NCBI GenBank assembly: GCA_041753595.1
Contig: JBGSTW010000013.1
Coordinates: 1-64,000, forward strand
Direction of reading: 5' to 3'
Source of the DNA: Bacteroidia bacterium
GTDB lineage: Bacteria; Bacteroidota; Bacteroidia; J057
Length of the DNA: 64,000 bases
Shown here: positions 47,683 through 57,107 of the stretch, piece by piece
Layout: every line of letters begins with the position of its first letter
Position numbering within the stretch: the stretch's first letter is position 1
Made by a program: the position numbers and the translations under genes
The notes under the pieces: model-generated
What the model saw: the letters and a program-made list of their open reading frames with translations, nothing else
Told to the model about the DNA's origin: nothing
Database searches by the model: none

Positions 47683-48051
47683 TTACCAGGAAATTTCCAG
47701 GGTATGGGTGCCTTCGGGGCAATGATAGCTCAGTACCCGATCGGTGTCGTCAAGGCCCTGGTCGAGCAGTACATCGTGCAGGGCTACGGAACGGTCGCCG
47801 TGCGGATTGCGGGTTTTGAGCATGTGAAGGGCTGTTTTGTGCGCATCGCGAAAGGCCATATCGTCCATCCGGGCCAGGCGCAGCACTTTGAGCGCTTCGT
47901 CAAAAGCCGTTAATACCTGCTGGATATCTCCAAAAAGAGGTGTTGCTACCTCAGCTGCAATCAACAGGTGTTGCTGCCGGAGGCTTACGGGGTGGGTGGC
48001 GGGTTGCGGTGCCGAAGGTTGCGGGTTGCCTACACGGATCGTTTTTTCCAT
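47683..48051 (-). CDS. hypothetical protein (122 aa) encoded in the [NiFe]-hydrogenase cluster
   Basis: Start is an ATG. It lies 36 bp downstream of the maturation protease gene. Confidence 0.5.
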   Translation of the reverse strand: MEKTIRVGNPQPSAPQPATHPVSLRQQHLLIAAEVATPLFGDIQQVLTAFDEALKVLRLARMDDMAFRDAHKTALHMLKTRNPHGDRSVALHDVLLDQGLDDTDRVLSYHCPEGTHTLEISW

Positions 48052-48087
48052 AACATATGCCTTTTTTGATAAGGTAAGATACAGCTA

Positions 48088-48579
48088 TCAGGCGGGAGTG
48101 GAGTGACCCGGTTGGGCTATTTCCTCCAAAATAAGCGCGGCTACCCGCCCGGCTGCCTCGGATACGACTTCCGAAAGCCCTACTTCCAGCCGGGTATTGG
48201 TGATGGAAATAAGGTAAACCGATACATCCTTGGGGTAATCGTTTTGCAGAATTTTGCGGGCGTAGGACAATGCCTGGTCCCACTTCAGGGAGTGAAGAAA
48301 AACCATGGGATCGTCCTGGATAGATGCTTCCACGGCTTCGGCAGGCAGTCGGTAAAGGGTGCCGTCGGGTTCGCCTGAATTTATCACGCCATCTACCAGC
48401 AGGATACGGGTATGGCCTTTTAGCTGAAACAATACCTCAAAAGCCGAGGTACCCATGTCGATCAAAGACACATGCTCGTGCTCACCCATCTGTGCCTGGA
48501 GCAGCTCAATGACCCTACAGCCTACCCCGTCGTCGCTGCGAACCGGGTTACCAAAACCCAAAATGGCTGTTTTTCCCAT
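48088..48579 (-). CDS. hydrogenase maturation protease (HyaD/HybD/HupD family, large-subunit C-terminal peptidase)
   Basis: N-terminal motif ILGFGNPVRSDDGVGCRV, matching GNP...DDG. The cluster context also supports the call. Confidence 0.85.
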   Translation of the reverse strand: MGKTAILGFGNPVRSDDGVGCRVIELLQAQMGEHEHVSLIDMGTSAFEVLFQLKGHTRILLVDGVINSGEPDGTLYRLPAEAVEASIQDDPMVFLHSLKWDQALSYARKILQNDYPKDVSVYLISITNTRLEVGLSEVVSEAAGRVAALILEEIAQPGHSTPA

Positions 48580-48639
48580 GATGCTGAAAAAAAGTCCGCC
48601 TCCCGAACAGGAGGCGGATGAAATAAAAACCTTAAGGGT

Positions 48640-50232
48640 TCAAAGTTTGAAACGGGAGATTTCCTCGCCCGATTTGCCGTCGTGGGCATGCACGGTACAA
48701 ACGAGGCAGGAGTCAAATGACCTTGCCACCATGCCAACCTCCACCGGATCGTGTGGATCCTCGATTTCGGTGCCTTCGAGGGCAGCTTCAATCGGGCCGG
48801 AGTTGCCGGCTTCATCGTTAGGGCCTACATTCCAGGTAGTAGGAGCGACTACCTGGTAATTTTTGATCACGCCATTTTCGATTTCAATCCAGTGAGCGAG
48901 TGCCCCGCGGGCAGCTTCGGTGGCTCCCCATCCCTGGCCGTCTCTTTCTTCAGGCTTGATATAAAATTCGTCGTCGAGGCGAACCTGACCCAGCCAGTCG
49001 TTGATGAAGGTGTAGAGGCGCGGGGCTTCGTGCATACGTGCCAGAGCGCGGGTAAACACGCTGGGGCCTTTTTTGTCCATGATATCGAGGAACAAAGGAT
49101 CCTGGATCTGATGGGAAAGGTTGGCCGGGTTGGCGTTCATGATTACCCGTGAAAGCGGCCCGGCTTCGGCGGCATAGCCCAGGTAGCGGGGGGCTTTTGA
49201 CCAGGAGTATTTTCCGTTAAAATCTGTTTCGTTGAGGTTTTGAGAAGCCAACGGGGTTGGAAGAGGTTCTGACCAGGGATGAGCAGCGTTCACATCGGCG
49301 TACCAGGAGTGCTTTACGTGCTCGGTAATGTCGAGGTGATTGAGGTTAATGAACTCCTTGCCATCCCAGAAACCGCCGGGGCTGATAACGGCTGACTGGC
49401 GCGATTCCACGGTGGGGTGGTTGTAGAGGTCTTTGTGCAGGTAGGTACCGTAAGCCACAAATTTACCTACTCCCTGGCCGAAGGTATCGAGGCCAAACTC
49501 GAGGCTGGCGCGGATAAACAGGCCGAGGTCAGAGTTGCGCTGCGATTCGTTTTCGTCCACCCACTCCAGCATGTCTTCCCATGACTTGATCTGCATGTAC
49601 CGGTCGATGGAGCAGCCGAGCCAAACGGATTCGAGCCAATCGTTGCGGAAGTGGTTCATGATGGCCGTGGCGCGGGTAATATCCTTGAGGGTCGGTGCGC
49701 ACATCACGCCTCCGGGTACCATGTAGGATGAGTGCGGCCACTGGCCGCCAAACAAAGCATATACCTCCACCGGACGACCCGAGGCGGTTACCCCGCGCTG
49801 AAAGGAGGTACCCACGTAGGCCGAAAAGCGGCGCACCACTTCGTCGTAGAGGGGTTTGTTGGCAAATTTTTTATTCGCCATGTCGGTGGCGAAGATGGCA
49901 TAAAACCAGCGGGGAATACTCTGGATCGTTTCTGTTGCCTGTCCAATGGCGCGGAGCAGCAGGGCATTGGGCGGAAGGGTTGTTTTCCAGGCCGTATCGA
50001 GGGCCGAAGAGGCGCAGTACAGGTGTGAGCCTCCACAGATCCCGCAGATACGCGGGGTAACAATCAGCCCCGACTGGGGGTCTTTACCGGCCATGATTTG
50101 CTCAAAACCACGAAACATCGCGGCTTGGGTGTGAGCACGGGTCACTACCCCGTTTTCCATATATACTTTCACATCCAGGTCGCCTTCTACACGACCAACG
50201 GGTGAAATATTTAGCTCTTTATAGGCTGACAT
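48640..50232 (-). CDS. [NiFe]-hydrogenase large subunit
   Basis: N-terminal NiFe-binding motif RICGICGGSH. C-terminal motif DSCLVCTVH, followed by a short extension that is the substrate of the adjacent protease. Confidence 0.9.
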   Translation of the reverse strand: MSAYKELNISPVGRVEGDLDVKVYMENGVVTRAHTQAAMFRGFEQIMAGKDPQSGLIVTPRICGICGGSHLYCASSALDTAWKTTLPPNALLLRAIGQATETIQSIPRWFYAIFATDMANKKFANKPLYDEVVRRFSAYVGTSFQRGVTASGRPVEVYALFGGQWPHSSYMVPGGVMCAPTLKDITRATAIMNHFRNDWLESVWLGCSIDRYMQIKSWEDMLEWVDENESQRNSDLGLFIRASLEFGLDTFGQGVGKFVAYGTYLHKDLYNHPTVESRQSAVISPGGFWDGKEFINLNHLDITEHVKHSWYADVNAAHPWSEPLPTPLASQNLNETDFNGKYSWSKAPRYLGYAAEAGPLSRVIMNANPANLSHQIQDPLFLDIMDKKGPSVFTRALARMHEAPRLYTFINDWLGQVRLDDEFYIKPEERDGQGWGATEAARGALAHWIEIENGVIKNYQVVAPTTWNVGPNDEAGNSGPIEAALEGTEIEDPHDPVEVGMVARSFDSCLVCTVHAHDGKSGEEISRFKL

Positions 50233-50258
50233 AGTAATTGCTGTTGAAAAGGGGAAGG

Positions 50259-51240
50259 TTATTTGGAGGTCTCGAAGTGTTCTTTGTTGGCGCCAGCGAT
50301 TTTCTCTACTGTGCCGAGCACTTTCTCAAAGCCCGCACGGGTGTAGTAGCCAAGGCGGGTATTGCCGGTGGGTACATCTTTTGGCAGGAATCCGAGATAT
50401 TTCAGCGACTTGAATACGCTCCCTTTCACGAGGTCGTGGTGGGGGAAGCCCGGCTCTGTACAACCCAGGCAAGGGTGATTGGCGCGGGTTTTGGACGACT
50501 GGCGGTTCCAGAGAATACGGTTACAACTGGCGCGCGTCATGGGTCCACGACACCCTACTTCGTAAAAGAGGCATCCGCCACGCTTGCCAAAATGTCCGTC
50601 CACTTTTTCGGCAAAGCTGATGGCATTGGGGCAGCCGGTTTGCACGAAGTCGGTAAAGAAGGTTTTTGGTCGGTGGAAAGAATCGAGGAGCACATCTCCT
50701 ACCCTGCCCGTGGCAATGGCTACCAGAATCTGGGTAATCCAGTCGGGGTGTGCCGGGCAACCGGGTATATTGATTACGGGCAAGCCGCCTTTGGATACAT
50801 AATTTTCACCCAAAAATCCCCCCTTCTTGTCCTTATGAAACTGCATACCGGTTGACTCGCTTGGGTTTGGCGGAACGGCCGGAATGCCCCCCCCAGGTAG
50901 CGCAGTCGCCGATAGCCACCACAAAAGCAGCTTTTTTCGACAACTCCTGCACCCAGTCCTTCATGGGGCGGTCGCAGAAATAGTTCATCGTTCCGGTGCC
51001 GTGTGGCCCGTTAATGATAGAGCCCTCGTACACCAGGATATCCAGCTGGACCTTTTCCTTTTTGATGTCCTCCATAAGGTCGGCTACCTGATGGCCAATC
51101 TCAAGACCAATAGAGGGATGCCATAAAATATTGACACCGAAATCGGTGACCAATTCTACAACCGTAGGCTCTTCTGCATTGAGGAACGACATGGTATTCC
51201 CGCTGCATGCACCGCCTTGAAGCCAAAGCACATTTGCCAT
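50259..51240 (-). pseudogene. [NiFe]-hydrogenase small subunit lacking a Tat signal and interrupted by a +1 frameshift in a G8 homopolymer (C8 on the plus strand, ~50887-50894)
   Basis: The N-terminal ORF 50833..51240 reads MANVLWLQGGACSGNTMSF ... AIGDCATWGG. The C-terminal ORF 50259..50924 reads IPAVPPNPSESTG...INIPGCPAHPDW...CLGCTEPGFP. Removing one G joins them as ...DCATWGGIPAVPPNP.... Confidence 0.8.
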
Positions 51241-51382
51241 TTGATAAGGGTTGGGGTTGTGAAAAATAGCTACTGACGTATCTAATTAGCCAGTTAGGTA
51301 AATATATAGGTTTTTATTTATCCTGGAAATTATTTTCTAAATATTCTAGAAAAAAATATCTAATCCTAATATTCGGAGCAAT

Positions 51383-52015
51383 TTACATGGGCAGTCCATC
51401 GGGGTAAGTCTGCACTTCCAGCACATATATTTCCTGTCCTTTGGGGGTAAGCAGGGGCAGCAACTGCTCCCACACCTGGTCGCGGAAATTTACCGGTAAA
51501 TGGGCCGTACCCTTCAATAGCTGCTGATGCTGGAAGAAAATGGCCTGCAACCAGAGGTTATGGCTCAGGGTATCGAACATGCCCGGATAGGCCTCGCCTT
51601 TCAGCAAGCCTTTCTGCACGAAAAAATCGAGGCGGTAGCGGAGTTGGGTAGAAAATTTTTTAAAATAACTCTGTAACCGGGATTCTTTTTCGGGGAAAGC
51701 GCGGATGACTTCGGGGATATCGAGGAGGAAAAACCGATACTGCTGAAAAAACTGCTGCAGGCGGCTCAGCTGCAAGTCAAGGTCCATGAGGTTGGGATAC
51801 ACGAGGTATTCGCCCAGGATTGCCGCAAATTCGTCCTGTATAATATCGAGCACACCGGCCACGATCGCTTCTTTGTTGGTGTAATGGTAGGCGAGATTGC
51901 CCACACTGATACCCGACTCATCGGCAATTTGCTGGAGGCGCACATTGGCTATCCCCCGGTCATTAAATAAACGGATAGCAGATTCAAGGATGCGATTTTT
52001 GGTCGTTACAGACAT
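51383..52015 (-). CDS. TetR/AcrR-family transcriptional regulator
   Basis: HTH motif ILESAIRLFNDRGIANVRLQQIADESGISVGNLAYHY. Confidence 0.85.
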   Translation of the reverse strand: MSVTTKNRILESAIRLFNDRGIANVRLQQIADESGISVGNLAYHYTNKEAIVAGVLDIIQDEFAAILGEYLVYPNLMDLDLQLSRLQQFFQQYRFFLLDIPEVIRAFPEKESRLQSYFKKFSTQLRYRLDFFVQKGLLKGEAYPGMFDTLSHNLWLQAIFFQHQQLLKGTAHLPVNFRDQVWEQLLPLLTPKGQEIYVLEVQTYPDGLPM

Positions 52016-52054
52016 TTCGACAAAAAAGTAGGGTAAAGGAATGAAATACGAGGC

Positions 52055-52414
52055 TCAGTTAGGCTCAGAAAGCAACTGGTCGGGGTCGATGCACAGGGTA
52101 CCGCGCTGGTCCTTGGCGGCAAGCCTGCGCATGAGGCTGGCAGTGAGGTCGGCTTTGCGTTTGCAGGAAAAGGAAATTATCCGCCTTCTTAGAAATTGCA
52201 TGGGCCGTTGATAATGGGCAAATACCAGCGATATTTCCCACTCTCCACGCACCCTGCGCAGAGATTCAATCACCGCAGAGTCTGTAAGCCAAACCCCATC
52301 CTGCAGGAAACCGAGGTCTCGCTCCTGACCAACCACGTCCAGTATGTGCAGGCCGTGGAGGGCATACAGCATTTGCTGGTAAACACGTTCGTCGATGTGG
52401 AATGAATGGGGCAT
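52055..52414 (-). CDS. hypothetical protein (119 aa) between two TetR genes
   Basis: ATG start. It is co-directional with its neighbours and spaced 13 bp and 39 bp from them. Confidence 0.45.
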   Translation of the reverse strand: MPHSFHIDERVYQQMLYALHGLHILDVVGQERDLGFLQDGVWLTDSAVIESLRRVRGEWEISLVFAHYQRPMQFLRRRIISFSCKRKADLTASLMRRLAAKDQRGTLCIDPDQLLSEPN

Positions 52415-52428
52415 AATCGGGTTTTAAT

Positions 52429-53085
52429 TTAGAAATATTTTCCTAAAATTAAAGCATTCAATTGTGAGAATTCTGACCAGCCCATGTCGGAAAAGCAAGT
52501 GGACAGCAGCATCCAGGGAGATTTGCGGAAGGCTTCGAAATCATCGGCAGGGGATTGTAGTAAGCGTTGGCGGTATTGCCAGCTTTCGAGCTGATTCCAG
52601 CATATTTCGGCCAAAGCCTGGTGCTGCCCGGGCGAATATTCGGGGATAAACGCCCCACGCGATACATTGAACTGAAACATCATGCCTACCTGGGCAATCT
52701 GATTGAGTCGGTTTTCGCGGTGTGCGGCTGCAATCTGGGGGTAGCTGCGGAGTATCTCGAGGGTATCCTGGTAAAAAAAAGGATAGGCTTGCTGCAAAGC
52801 AAAATAAGACCGGAACATGCGCTCGATGTCTTCGAACAAGGGCAGTACCCGAAATTCGGCCATGAGGGTATGTTGCGCTTCGAGGATACGCGCCCAGATC
52901 GCCTCTACTATCAGCTCTTTGGTGCGGAAGTGGTAGGCCATATTGCCCAGGCTCATGCCCGCTTCGTCGGCAATCTGCTGCAACCGGGTATTGGACACCC
53001 CCGTGTGGTTGAAACACCGGACAGCCGCCTCCAGGATGCGCTGCTTCGTAATCCAACTTCCGGCCTGGTTTGCCCGCGTATTCAT
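52429..53085 (-). CDS. TetR/AcrR-family transcriptional regulator (paralogue)
   Basis: HTH motif ILEAAVRCFNHTGVSNTRLQQIADEAGMSLGNMAYHF. Confidence 0.85.
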   Translation of the reverse strand: MNTRANQAGSWITKQRILEAAVRCFNHTGVSNTRLQQIADEAGMSLGNMAYHFRTKELIVEAIWARILEAQHTLMAEFRVLPLFEDIERMFRSYFALQQAYPFFYQDTLEILRSYPQIAAAHRENRLNQIAQVGMMFQFNVSRGAFIPEYSPGQHQALAEICWNQLESWQYRQRLLQSPADDFEAFRKSPWMLLSTCFSDMGWSEFSQLNALILGKYF

Positions 53086-53241
53086 GTCCGAAGGTACGGA
53101 CCACCGCTATTTTTTCGAAACACCGATTTTCACCTGTGCACTACACCCCTTTTAAGGACCCGCTTTCTAGGTCATAAGCACGATACAGCGCGCATGGGTT
53201 TTTCATTTATCTTCGGGAAAACAACCCCAATCCCCACACCT

Positions 53242-53613
53242 ATGATCTGGCTGCAAAAAATCCTCATTGCCCTGGTGGCCCTGGAGCACCTGTATATCCT
53301 CTGGCTCGAAATGTTTGCCTGGACCACCCGCGGCCCGAAAATTTTTCCTTTGCCTAAGGACCTTTTTGAAAAGACCAAAACCATGGCCGCCAACCAGGGC
53401 CTGTACAATGGTTTTCTGGCTGCCGGGCTCATCTGGTCGCTGCTGAACCAGGATCCGCATTTCAGCTTTCACATCGCCATATTTTTCCTGGGCTGCGTGA
53501 TTGTGGCCGGGGTCTATGGCGGCATTACCGTGAGCCGCAGGATTTTGTATGTGCAGGCCCTTCCGGCGCTTATTGCCCTGGTGGTGCTGCATCTGCCCAA
53601 TGGCCTCCTCTGA
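53242..53613 (+). CDS. DUF1304-like small membrane protein
   Basis: ATG at 53242. The ORF track extends further upstream, antisense to the TetR gene. About 124 aa, with 3-4 TM helices: MIWLQKILIALVALEHLYILWLE... Confidence 0.65.
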   Translation: MIWLQKILIALVALEHLYILWLEMFAWTTRGPKIFPLPKDLFEKTKTMAANQGLYNGFLAAGLIWSLLNQDPHFSFHIAIFFLGCVIVAGVYGGITVSRRILYVQALPALIALVVLHLPNGLL

Positions 53614-53644
53614 TTTTTCTGAAATACCCCTTTCATTTTCCCCG

Positions 53645-56056
53645 ATGAAACTCTCCTTTCTTACTGCCTCCCTGGCAATTGTCCTTCTGTGCGGCTGCGA
53701 AAAGACCGGGCCCGTTGTTTCCCTGCTATCGAAGCTCGATCCTGCACAGGGCCTTTCCGGCCAGGCTGCCTACCTGGCTTCGCCTTTTGCTGCCGCAGGT
53801 GACCGCCTGTACCTCATTGGCAATCAGGACGGCTCTTTCCCCGATCTGGGTTGGCACGTTACCGGCGAAATGGGCGGCATCTGGGACCACCCCATCAAGC
53901 TCATGGACGGCTTTTCGGCGGCGGTGGTGATGGGTGGCGATACCCTTTGCCTCAATCAGGCGAAGGAATTTGTCAATTACCCCATGGCCAACCAACACCG
54001 TTATTCCTTTCTGGAAAAAAAGCTGGAAGTGGAGCGCGTACAATTTGTGCCGGATGGAAAGGAAGCCGTGATCGTGGAGTTTACCGTTTGGAACGGAAAT
54101 GAACAGCCGCAATCGCTCGATTTTATTTTTGAAGGGATGACCGACCTGAGCCCTGTATGGCTGGGGGAAAGAACGGGCATGACCGACGCCCCCGACTCGG
54201 TGTATTGGCAGGAAAAAACCGGCACCTGGGTCGGGAAAGACACCCAAAACCCCTGGTTCGTCAGCTGGGGAGCAAATCTACCCGCTGCCTCACACACCGC
54301 GCCGGGCACCATTTGCCCTTATCCCCACGCGGGAAAAGGCACCTCGGCACAAACGGTTTACTCCCTGAAGGTAGAGGCGGGAAAATCGGCGGTTTTACGC
54401 TTTTGCATAGCTGGATCGTGGAAATCTGAGGCACTGGCCGCGGCTACCCAGCAGACATGTTTGCAGGATGCCCTCGTTCTATTTGACCAAAAACAACAGC
54501 GCTACGCCACCCTCGCCGCCACCGGCAAGGTAACGGTGCCCGACAGCGCCCTGAACCTCGCCCTGGAGTGGTCGCGCTACAATACCGACTGGCTCATCCG
54601 CGATGTGGAAGGAACGGGCCGCGGCCTTTCGGCGGGTCTGCCCGATTATCCGTGGTGGTTTGGCTGCGACAACGAATACGCCCTGCGGGGGGTGTTGGCT
54701 TCGGGCCGGAGCGACATCGTGCTGGCTACCCTCGATCTACTGCGAAAGCTCTCTGAAAAAGAAAACGGCAATGGCCGCATCGTACACGAAGTTTCGACCA
54801 ACGGCTCGGTGTTTAACCCCGGCAACCTGAACGAAACCCCGCAATTTGCCCCGCTGGTGTGGGCGGCCTATTGCTGGACCGGCGACCGGAAAATGCTGGA
54901 AGCGAATTTTCCTATTGTACAAAAAGGCCTTGTATGGCTCATGAAAAACCACGACCCCGATGGCAACGGCGTGCCTGACGGCTTCGGCATGATGGAAATT
55001 CACGGGCTGAACTCCGAAATGATCGACGTGGCCTCCTATACCTGGCAGGCCTACGAAGCAGCCGCCCACATGGCCGATGAGCTGGGCGAAAAGTCCCTGG
55101 CCGCTGACTACCGCAACCGCGCCGACAAGCTCGCCCAAACCATCAACAGTGCTTTTTGGGCCGAAAAATTCGATTCCTACGCCGACTTTATGGGCACGGC
55201 GGCCCAGGCCCAAACCCTGATCGAAGACGCCATTGTGCGGGCAGATACCCTCAAGAAGCCGTGGGCCGTAGCCGAACTCCGCCAAACCCTCGGTGCCGTT
55301 TCGGCTTTGCCCAAGGACAAGCGCCAGGCCTTTGTGGTGCACCACAACTGGGTGGTGAATACGCCCATGGAAGTCGGGGTGGCCGATTCGGCGAAAGCCC
55401 TTCGCGCCCTTGCTACCGGCAGCCAGTTTGTAAACCCCTTCGGCATGTTTGTTACGGGCATCGACCGCGACGAAACAGCGGGCAACGATGTAGGCTCCTT
55501 CGCCTCCACTAAAAAAATATTCTCCTACGTGGGCGCGGTCATGACGCTGCCTACGGGTGTGCAGGCTATTGCCGAAAACAACTACGGCCGGCCCGACGCG
55601 GCCCTTGGCTATTTGCAGCGCATGGTGCGGTCGTTTGGCTATGCGCTGCCCGGCTCCATGTACGAGGTTTCGCCCGATTTTGGCATGATGACCCAGGCTT
55701 GGACCGTTTACAGCCTGTATCATCCCGTAGTGGGGCAGTTTTTTGGCGTCGAGCCTTTCGCCTTCCGGAAGCAGATTGAGCTTCATCCGCAAATGCCGAC
55801 TACGTGGAATGAGGCATCCATTGAGGCTTTGCCCGTGGGCGACAATGCCGTTTCGGTCCATTATGAGAGAACCCCGAAAGGAATCGCGCTGGAGGTAAGC
55901 CAGCAATTGGCCGATTGGGAGCTGGTGATTCAGTTTCCGAAGGGAAAATACCGGAGTTGGAAAGTGGACGGAAAAACGGTTGCGCCCACCTCCTCCGGCA
56001 ACATGGACCAGGTGGTAATCAGGGCGCTGGCGGCCAGGATTGAGGTTGGGGTGTAG
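53645..56056 (+). CDS. six-hairpin (alpha/alpha)6 glycoside-hydrolase-like lipoprotein (glycogen-debranching/GH63-GH15-like fold)
   Basis: ATG at 53645. Lipoprotein signal MKLSFLTASLAIVLLCGC. Central region DYPWWFGCDNEYALRGV...GNGRIVHEVSTNG...DPDGNGVPDGFGMMEIHG. Confidence 0.65.
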   Translation: MKLSFLTASLAIVLLCGCEKTGPVVSLLSKLDPAQGLSGQAAYLASPFAAAGDRLYLIGNQDGSFPDLGWHVTGEMGGIWDHPIKLMDGFSAAVVMGGDTLCLNQAKEFVNYPMANQHRYSFLEKKLEVERVQFVPDGKEAVIVEFTVWNGNEQPQSLDFIFEGMTDLSPVWLGERTGMTDAPDSVYWQEKTGTWVGKDTQNPWFVSWGANLPAASHTAPGTICPYPHAGKGTSAQTVYSLKVEAGKSAVLRFCIAGSWKSEALAAATQQTCLQDALVLFDQKQQRYATLAATGKVTVPDSALNLALEWSRYNTDWLIRDVEGTGRGLSAGLPDYPWWFGCDNEYALRGVLASGRSDIVLATLDLLRKLSEKENGNGRIVHEVSTNGSVFNPGNLNETPQFAPLVWAAYCWTGDRKMLEANFPIVQKGLVWLMKNHDPDGNGVPDGFGMMEIHGLNSEMIDVASYTWQAYEAAAHMADELGEKSLAADYRNRADKLAQTINSAFWAEKFDSYADFMGTAAQAQTLIEDAIVRADTLKKPWAVAELRQTLGAVSALPKDKRQAFVVHHNWVVNTPMEVGVADSAKALRALATGSQFVNPFGMFVTGIDRDETAGNDVGSFASTKKIFSYVGAVMTLPTGVQAIAENNYGRPDAALGYLQRMVRSFGYALPGSMYEVSPDFGMMTQAWTVYSLYHPVVGQFFGVEPFAFRKQIELHPQMPTTWNEASIEALPVGDNAVSVHYERTPKGIALEVSQQLADWELVIQFPKGKYRSWKVDGKTVAPTSSGNMDQVVIRALAARIEVGV

Positions 56057-56122
56057 GCAATAAGGTGGCCTGATTTTTTGAGAAAAGTGTGAGGCTGTTT
56101 TATAAAACGGCGGGTCAAGGTT

Positions 56123-56608
56123 CTATTTCAGGGAGGTCAGAAATTCCATGTACGCTTTTCCCCTAAATTCAGCGATATGATCAAAAAGGTAAAGCATGAG
56201 TCCTTGTGCGATCAAGCCAAATGCAAGTCCTTTGATCAGGTCCTTGTTCCAAAAGAATAAAGCCAGGAGTATTCCCCCTATGAAAATGCCGAGCTCAACC
56301 TTCTTGATGATTGAAAAGTTTCTCATTACTTTTTCCATCCGGGGCACCTCTTCGGTCTGTATGTTTTCAGGCGCTGATTGATAGTAAGTAGTTACCCGGT
56401 TAATGTCTGACGGTACACGTACAATTACGCCGAGGCATATTGCAGTTAATAACACCGAAAGCGGCAACACAGAGAAGGCAATGCCTTTGAAAAAAGTATT
56501 TTGTAAAAAAAGAAAGTAGACCGCGACGGATATTAACGCCATGGATAGGATCAATCCGATCAGGCACTGGATTCTCTCTCCATTAAAGTAATTGACTATG
56601 TTATCCAT
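56123..56608 (-). CDS. hypothetical integral membrane protein (low-GC islet)
   Basis: Four hydrophobic helices. Its start overlaps the upstream gene by 8 bp. Confidence 0.5.
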   Translation of the reverse strand: MDNIVNYFNGERIQCLIGLILSMALISVAVYFLFLQNTFFKGIAFSVLPLSVLLTAICLGVIVRVPSDINRVTTYYQSAPENIQTEEVPRMEKVMRNFSIIKKVELGIFIGGILLALFFWNKDLIKGLAFGLIAQGLMLYLFDHIAEFRGKAYMEFLTSLK

Positions 56609-57008
56609 TGGATTTTGCTTTGTTGATGCCGATTATGAGCAGTATACCCAAAAAATAGTGGGAAATGACCGCTGTAATGACGGTCGTTTGTGCCAAAGTA
56701 TTATCAAAGATTCCCTCATCGCCCATCACTAACCACATGACCCAATCCATGGTAGCGCTGGCTATTTGGTAGGCAGCAAGCCCTTTTGCAACCCTAATAT
56801 GAGGATCTTTTCTAAAAATCCAGGCCATATAGCCCATGGTACCCAGGGACAATCCTATCAACTTGGTGATCCAGTGACCATCTGCATTGAGGTTCCAACC
56901 TGTAGCCAACGGAATAAGGGAAGGGGGCAACATGGCCGTTACGAAATAGAAGAATTCCAGTATCGCTACGGCAGTAAACAGGAACTTTAAATCAGTTAAT
57001 TTTTTCAT
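56601..57008 (-). CDS. hypothetical integral membrane protein (low-GC islet)
   Basis: ATG at 57008 (MKKLTDLKFLFTAVAIL...). The ORF track starts at a TTG at 57029. Four TM helices. Confidence 0.5.
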   Translation of the reverse strand: MKKLTDLKFLFTAVAILEFFYFVTAMLPPSLIPLATGWNLNADGHWITKLIGLSLGTMGYMAWIFRKDPHIRVAKGLAAYQIASATMDWVMWLVMGDEGIFDNTLAQTTVITAVISHYFLGILLIIGINKAKSNG

Positions 57009-57107
57009 GTTTTCCAGTCTGAAAAACAAACCTATAGGATAACTTTGTTACCTGAAAGTGTTGACTATGCTCTATACTTTGTATTTATACAAAAAAATTA
57101 TTCACGT

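Noticed and set aside
52567-53241. Upstream 225 codons of the 348-aa plus-strand ORF 52567..53613
   Set aside because: This part is antisense to the TetR gene 52429..53085. Only the last ~124 codons (from the ATG at 53242) form a real DUF1304-like membrane protein.
54737-55906. 389-aa minus-strand ORF
   Set aside because: It is antisense to the glycoside-hydrolase lipoprotein gene.
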